DNA of 64,000 nt, from IMG/VR virus record IMGVR_UViG_3300043449_002191, positions 1 through 64,000 of that record; one strand, 5' to 3'. Below, one piece after another: positions 59,484 through 64,000 of this stretch. Source of the DNA: a virus. Numbering within the stretch: position 1 is the stretch's first letter; each line of letters opens with the position of its first letter. The notes under the pieces were generated by a model that saw nothing but the letters and a program-made list of their open reading frames with translations, searched no databases and had not been told where the DNA came from. Position numbers and translations under genes: made by a program.

Positions 59484-59713
59484 TAAAATCGCCCACTGTT
59501 AAGTTTTAGCAAAGCTTCCATAGTCCTGATTTCTTTCTTGATGGGCTCGTAATACCCTACGAAATAAGGTTTGCTGTTAAAGTAATAATACGGGCCAGGG
59601 ATCTCAACCACATTGATCTTTGCGTACAATGCGTAATAATTTCTAAAACCCAGGTCAGCCAAAAGCTTTTCTCGTACCTCTTCATTGCAAAATATATCGT
59701 AAGGCTTACTCAT
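59483..59713 (-). CDS. Hypothetical protein
   Basis: Coupled ORF in the minus-strand operon. Confidence 0.6.
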   Translation of the reverse strand: MSKPYDIFCNEEVREKLLADLGFRNYYALYAKINVVEIPGPYYYFNSKPYFVGYYEPIKKEIRTMEALLKLNSGRF

Positions 59714-59714
59714 A

Positions 59715-59939
59715 TTACTGTCCTTGTGTTACTGTATATACAATAAACTGAGAACGACTTTTAGTGTTAGTCTTTTTAAAGATATTAGTCAAATGAAATT
59801 TAACTGTTTTCTCCGAGACATAGAGCTGACTGGCAACTTCCTTGTTAGAAAGCCCAGTTGCAACTAGTTGTGCAACTTCCAATTCACGTCCACTTAGTCC
59901 TGCCGTCCTTAAAAGATCTGTAGCTTTTTGTGTTAGCAT
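59715..59939 (-). CDS. Stand-alone LuxR/GerE-type HTH regulator
   Basis: LSGRELEVAQLVATGLSNKEVASQLYVSEKTVKFHLTNIFKK..SR. Confidence 0.92.
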   Translation of the reverse strand: MLTQKATDLLRTAGLSGRELEVAQLVATGLSNKEVASQLYVSEKTVKFHLTNIFKKTNTKSRSQFIVYTVTQGQ

Positions 59940-59990
59940 AATTTCCTCCTATATTAGTATTATACCTCAAAAACTAAACTTTAATCTAGA

Positions 59991-60203
59991 TTAATCACCA
60001 TTTCCATGGATTTCTTCCAAAACTTCATCACCAATTTCTGTAACGCTAATTATTCTTTCGTAAATCGGTGGATACATAAGCTTTTTTACACCGTCACCGA
60101 TTCTTGGTGCATAGCGTTTATCACCAACTGAAACTGTTAAACTCTTAGTATATGCCTCTTGGCCTTCTTGGGTCACTTCTATTGTTATATGATACTTTGC
60201 CAT
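59991..60203 (-). CDS. Hypothetical protein
   Basis: Start re-assigned to MAKYHIT, just after the ATPase stop. Confidence 0.55.
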   Translation of the reverse strand: MAKYHITIEVTQEGQEAYTKSLTVSVGDKRYAPRIGDGVKKLMYPPIYERIISVTEIGDEVLEEIHGNGD

Positions 60204-60204
60204 A

Positions 60205-61092
60205 TTATCTACGCCTTCTGCCAATCTTTTTGTATGAAAAGTTGTTACCATTATAGTCGTCGTCATCTTTAGGTGGAGCTTCAACTCTAGTATTCAAAAG
60301 GCGTTCGATAGTTTCCTCTAAATCTTCGTTTAAAATAAACACGGCCTGGATAATTTCCTTTAATTCATCTACAGTCAAGCCTTCGGTGCGGTCTGACCAT
60401 AAGTCCAAATCCTTGAATTTTTCGCCAAGTTTTTGTTTGAAATAGCTATACCTAACATCTCTTGATGGATAAGTGACACATACCACTGAGGACATACGTC
60501 CAGGTCTCACTAAGCGTTTGGGGATTTCTTCAAAATAGTTAGTAGTAGCTAAAAAGATCACGTTATTGCGTTGTATTTGGCCATCTAGCAACAACAGTAA
60601 ATCTTCCTCATCTTCTTGCGCCAATCTGTCAAACTCTTCGAAAACCACTACCAGCAATTGGTCTGGCTGACTTTGATTCAAGTGTTCATACGCTTTCTTT
60701 AAAGCAGAGATATTATCCACAAATAAGCAGATGGCCTTATTTTTAGTTACGGCGTGTTCAACAATCCTATTTACTAGAATAGTCTTACCTGAGCCTGGAG
60801 GTCCATACAAAAGAACCCCACGTTTATATAGGAAATCTAAATCATCAAACTTTTTTCTTGTCTCATCTGACATAAAGAGTTCCATTTGATTGATAATAGT
60901 CATGTACTCTTTTGAGGGAAGGGATAGGATTTTATCGTTTTTAAAAGTAACTTCATCAAAAAGAAGGATGTCCTTCATTCCGTCATAAAAAAGTTTATAA
61001 ATACCGGAAGCAAGAGTATCTGTAGCAATAGCTGGCGATGTTTCTACGATAACTTTGGAGCCAATTTTAATGTAAGATAGTTTAGTTTTCAC
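60205..61092 (-). CDS. AAA+ ATPase
   Basis: Walker A GPPGSGKT; Walker B VVVFEE; ATTN; RPGR; probable GTG start at 61092. Confidence 0.92.
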   Translation of the reverse strand: MKTKLSYIKIGSKVIVETSPAIATDTLASGIYKLFYDGMKDILLFDEVTFKNDKILSLPSKEYMTIINQMELFMSDETRKKFDDLDFLYKRGVLLYGPPGSGKTILVNRIVEHAVTKNKAICLFVDNISALKKAYEHLNQSQPDQLLVVVFEEFDRLAQEDEEDLLLLLDGQIQRNNVIFLATTNYFEEIPKRLVRPGRMSSVVCVTYPSRDVRYSYFKQKLGEKFKDLDLWSDRTEGLTVDELKEIIQAVFILNEDLEETIERLLNTRVEAPPKDDDDYNGNNFSYKKIGRRRR

Positions 61093-61270
61093 TTTTCTTC
61101 TCCAATTCTTCCACACGTCTTTTTACTTGCATTAACTCCTCAATTAGCGCAGGAATAAGCAGTGATTCCATTTGCGTGAGTAATTCTGGCTTCATTCTAC
61201 TGATAGCAAGCTGGAATGGTGTATTTTCTGCTAACAAAACATCGTCGTATTTTTGATTTTCGTCCAACAT
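61082..61270 (-). CDS. Hypothetical protein
   Basis: GGAGG SD. Confidence 0.6.
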   Translation of the reverse strand: MLDENQKYDDVLLAENTPFQLAISRMKPELLTQMESLLIPALIEELMQVKRRVEELEKKSEN

Positions 61271-61281
61271 AGCTGCCCTCC

Positions 61282-61479
61282 TTAAAGTAAATCAGTCTTT
61301 TTAATCTTAGGCATCATGCTGCCATTTTCATACAAAACGATTTCTACTTGGGCTTCATATTTATCCAGAGTAGAAACAGTTAACTTATTGTCACCCATGT
61401 ACAAGTTAACGGACTCAGAGTGAGTATTTGCTTCAAGCCACTGCAATGCCTTTTTAAGATCTTTTATATCAATTTTCAT
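61282..61479 (-). CDS. Hypothetical protein
   Basis: ORF in the early-gene array. Confidence 0.6.
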   Translation of the reverse strand: MKIDIKDLKKALQWLEANTHSESVNLYMGDNKLTVSTLDKYEAQVEIVLYENGSMMPKIKKTDLL

Positions 61480-61497
61480 ACGTTTGCCCTTTATTTT

Positions 61498-61653
61498 TTA
61501 GATATTTAAAAGTCCAATCCCATAGCCGATAGCCCCACCAACAAGTCCAGCTATTAAATGTCTAGAAATGGCAGGAATATTGAATTCTTTGCCTAGTTGG
61601 TGGATTGCCTGCCCTGTAACAAACGCTAAAAATAATGCTAAAGCCAGTTTCAT
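61498..61653 (-). CDS. 51-aa glycine-zipper membrane peptide (not in ORF track)
   Basis: MKLALALFLAFVTG..AGLVGGAIGYGIGLLNI; GGAGG SD. Confidence 0.6.
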   Translation of the reverse strand: MKLALALFLAFVTGQAIHQLGKEFNIPAISRHLIAGLVGGAIGYGIGLLNI

Positions 61654-61691
61654 ACATCCTCCGAGCCTTTAATCTATTATATCGCAAAACC

Positions 61692-61919
61692 TTAGTCCTG
61701 ATTTAGCTTTTCTAAATCTTTTTTAGCTTCATTTAATTCTGCGATAATTTTGTCGATACTCAGAATAACGCCGTTTAAAACGTCTTCTTTGCTGAATCCA
61801 TAAACGTAATCTTTAATAAGTATGTGCCCATCCAGTGATGTATCTTTACCTTTGCCATCATCTTCTATGCGTACACTAACAGGACTATTGTATTGTTTTT
61901 TATTTTCCCAGACTTTCAT
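61692..61919 (-). CDS. Hypothetical protein
   Basis: AGGAGG SD. Confidence 0.6.
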   Translation of the reverse strand: MKVWENKKQYNSPVSVRIEDDGKGKDTSLDGHILIKDYVYGFSKEDVLNGVILSIDKIIAELNEAKKDLEKLNQD

Positions 61920-61984
61920 CTTGGCCTCCTATTCATTTTAATCTACTATTCATTATAAAGTGAATAGACCAATTAATATGCTTT

Positions 61985-62200
61985 TTAGTAATAATACACC
62001 TCAGAACTAGTAGACTCCCCTTCAGGCTTTTCAAACAAATCTAAGCAATCCAAAAAGCACTGATGTATGCTCATATGTTTTTGCTTAGTTTCTTTGTTTA
62101 ACTTTTTGACAGTTGCACTAATATGATCTATAGATGTGTAAATTTGCTTATCTTTTTGCTTCCATTCCCCATTATCGAATACTATCACGACCCATTTCAT
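61985..62200 (-). CDS. Hypothetical protein
   Basis: ATGA-coupled. Confidence 0.55.
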   Translation of the reverse strand: MKWVVIVFDNGEWKQKDKQIYTSIDHISATVKKLNKETKQKHMSIHQCFLDCLDLFEKPEGESTSSEVYYY

Positions 62201-62394
62201 TCAGGCTCCCAGTCATTTGCCCATTCCAGCCACGAAAATTCATGGACTGCTTTCCTAATTTGACGTTTAGGTGCTTCCATCTTAACATTTTGCTCCATAA
62301 AGTCAAGGATATTTTCTAATACCTCTTCTCTTACGTCTACATTATTATTACTAAGATGCGCTTTTAGCTGTTTAATTGCTTCACTTCGTTTCAT
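62197..62394 (-). CDS. Hypothetical protein
   Basis: ATGA-coupled; MKRSE..WEPE pattern. Confidence 0.6.
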   Translation of the reverse strand: MKRSEAIKQLKAHLSNNNVDVREEVLENILDFMEQNVKMEAPKRQIRKAVHEFSWLEWANDWEPE

Positions 62395-62648
62395 CGTTGA
62401 CCCCTCATTTCTTTAATTTGATCTTCTAATTCGCTAATGGTATTTAATAAAACCGAAATAATTCTGTAATTTGAAGGAGGTGTATCTAGCCATTCAAATT
62501 CATAGCCCTTACACTTAGATTGTAAATCAATTTTTAGCCATGTATAATTTGAACTTGCGCGGCACCCTAAAAATTTGCCATCCTCACTTATAACCATGCC
62601 AAAACAATTATCATGGTCTGGTGTCATCGGAAATCCATATGCTTTCAT
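62391..62648 (-). CDS. Hypothetical protein
   Basis: AGGAG SD; coupled. Confidence 0.6.
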   Translation of the reverse strand: MKAYGFPMTPDHDNCFGMVISEDGKFLGCRASSNYTWLKIDLQSKCKGYEFEWLDTPPSNYRIISVLLNTISELEDQIKEMRGQR

Positions 62649-62773
62649 TTTAATCTCCTGACAAAATAATAAGTTAGCCCAAACCAGCGAACGGATGGTT
62701 TATCTGCATTAAGGATAATAATTTTACCGCTGGGGGTTTTGTATAGTGATCTGGCGGCCTTTAGGTCATTCAT
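62645..62773 (-). CDS. 42-aa hypothetical protein (not in ORF track)
   Basis: MNDLKAARSLYKTPSGKIIILNADK..; overlaps both neighbours. Confidence 0.55.
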   Translation of the reverse strand: MNDLKAARSLYKTPSGKIIILNADKPSVRWFGLTYYFVRRLK

Positions 62774-63044
62774 GAACAATCCTCCTGATAGCCTTCCAGC
62801 AGATATACCCAGCCTCACCATTCACATCATCGGTATTATGGTATTCAGATGCTTCCTCCAGTGCCTCAATAGCAAGGTCTAGTTTTTTCTGTAATTCTTC
62901 ATAGGCGGAATATTCAATAACGTGAATAGCATTGCCACGGAACTTTTCAGTATCTTGTTCGTAAATATATGCAGATTTAACAGAGGGGTTGTCTACATTT
63001 AAAATGCTGTCAATCCAAAACTGTTCAGGCTTTTGATTGCTCAT
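62766..63044 (-). CDS. Hypothetical protein
   Basis: HVIEYSAY..KLDLAIEALE. Confidence 0.6.
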   Translation of the reverse strand: MSNQKPEQFWIDSILNVDNPSVKSAYIYEQDTEKFRGNAIHVIEYSAYEELQKKLDLAIEALEEASEYHNTDDVNGEAGYICWKAIRRIVHE

Positions 63045-63252
63045 CTTCAGATTCTCCTCTATTGGCTGTTAATATTTTAAGGAAATTGTCTGCTGCGGTA
63101 TTTGCTAAGTCATACTGGTCTGGGAGCTTATAGCCTCTTTTAGACAACTCATCAACAAATGCCACGGCAATATTTGACTGCCAAGCAAACCAATACCCAA
63201 TATCTTTTTTCAATTCAGCAGATAAATGATCTATAGCTTCTTTAGTTTCCAT
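63025..63252 (-). CDS. Hypothetical protein
   Basis: YWFAWQSNIAVAF motif. Confidence 0.6.
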   Translation of the reverse strand: METKEAIDHLSAELKKDIGYWFAWQSNIAVAFVDELSKRGYKLPDQYDLANTAADNFLKILTANRGESEDEQSKA

Positions 63253-63505
63253 CTTTAAGCTCCTTTAAAACAATTCTAGCTAATTTTCCACCATACATCA
63301 TGTAGCTATCATGGGGCTCAAGGTCTCTATTTGTGATGTTTTTGTACACGTCTTTCCAGTTAGGGGTAAGACCACCCTCAGCAACTAGCTCCCCTCGGTC
63401 ATTGTACATTCCATTATAGTTCCAATTGTTTTTGTCTGCATAGAATTCTAACGCTTCAATAGCTTTTCGTAGTTTAAATTTAAGATCTTTAGTAGAATCG
63501 GGCAT
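63242..63505 (-). CDS. Hypothetical protein
   Basis: AIEALEFYADKNNW..GGKLAR. Confidence 0.6.
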   Translation of the reverse strand: MPDSTKDLKFKLRKAIEALEFYADKNNWNYNGMYNDRGELVAEGGLTPNWKDVYKNITNRDLEPHDSYMMYGGKLARIVLKELKDGN

Positions 63506-63717
63506 TATCTACCTGCCTTTTTAAGGATTTCTCGTAAATCATGCTGTAAGTCCTTGTATTTACTGTAAACTTCCTTATATTGAGCAATAAATGTATCATC
63601 CAATTCGATGCCATATTCTTCTAAATAGTCTTCGCCAAACATTTCAATAACTTCTTCTTGATCTTTTAGGTACAGCTTAAACCTATCTTCTTCATTTATA
63701 ACGACTTTACGTTTCAT
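63505..63717 (-). CDS. Hypothetical protein
   Basis: Likely start MKRKVV after GGAG. Confidence 0.55.
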   Translation of the reverse strand: MKRKVVINEEDRFKLYLKDQEEVIEMFGEDYLEEYGIELDDTFIAQYKEVYSKYKDLQHDLREILKKAGR

Positions 63718-63925
63718 CTTTATACTCTCCACCAGTCATTAAAAAGCCAATTTGATTGGCAAGTTTAGTATTGCCAGCTCTAATTAATGAGTTAATTAGA
63801 GCCACTGAACTATACTCTCGTCCAGTTCTCTCGGCATCATATCTATCTAAAACAGATTGTGCCTCCTCATCAGTGTAGCTTTTTTGAATAACATAGTCAA
63901 GTAAAATTTGTTCAGGTGTTTTCAC
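63707..63925 (-). CDS. Hypothetical protein
   Basis: AGGAG SD, GTG start. Confidence 0.55.
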   Translation of the reverse strand: MKTPEQILLDYVIQKSYTDEEAQSVLDRYDAERTGREYSSVALINSLIRAGNTKLANQIGFLMTGGEYKDET

Positions 63926-64000
63926 GGTCTAGCTCCTGTAAATAAAAACTAATAAACGAAAATGCGAGAAGAGGTGACATTATCGCAAGGATTCCTAAAT

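Noticed and set aside
1-64000. Stop-codon reassignment
   Set aside because: Genes are intact in code 11, and TAG and TGA both terminate well-packed genes.

Overview
This 64-kb window (AT-rich, standard code 11) is part of a large contractile-tailed phage genome and covers the morphogenesis region. On the + strand it has putative head-cargo polyproteins (1-6.7 kb), tail sheath and tube, a triplet of decoration-like genes, a fibre/adhesin cluster, holin-like genes, tail chaperones, tape measure and a very large baseplate set. Minus-strand islands of early/metabolic genes interrupt this (thyA, 5'-3' exonuclease, Rrf2, LuxR, AAA+ ATPase, two zincin lipoproteins, many small ORFs). There are three main observations. 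(1) The multidomain proteins at 1-7.4 kb are strings of unrelated effector-like modules (HExxH peptidase, ADP-ribosyltransferase, GNAT, 2H phosphoesterase, Gp88-like) separated by a recurring K-[SAN]-E-x-[LFM]-x-K linker. This linker looks like a prohead-protease site, and in one case it is an exact 20-nt DNA repeat. (2) There is a set of non-canonical tRNA-shaped RNAs (two paralogues at 49.4-49.9 kb and one at 17.4 kb), plus a GGA-hairpin CsrA-sponge-like sRNA next to a tRNA-Met. (3) An invariant 9-mer, CCTAATCTT, occurs 15 times, always just upstream of + strand genes, and is a probable late promoter. A Bdellovibrionota-like host is a weak inference. All assignments are by eye; no searches were run.
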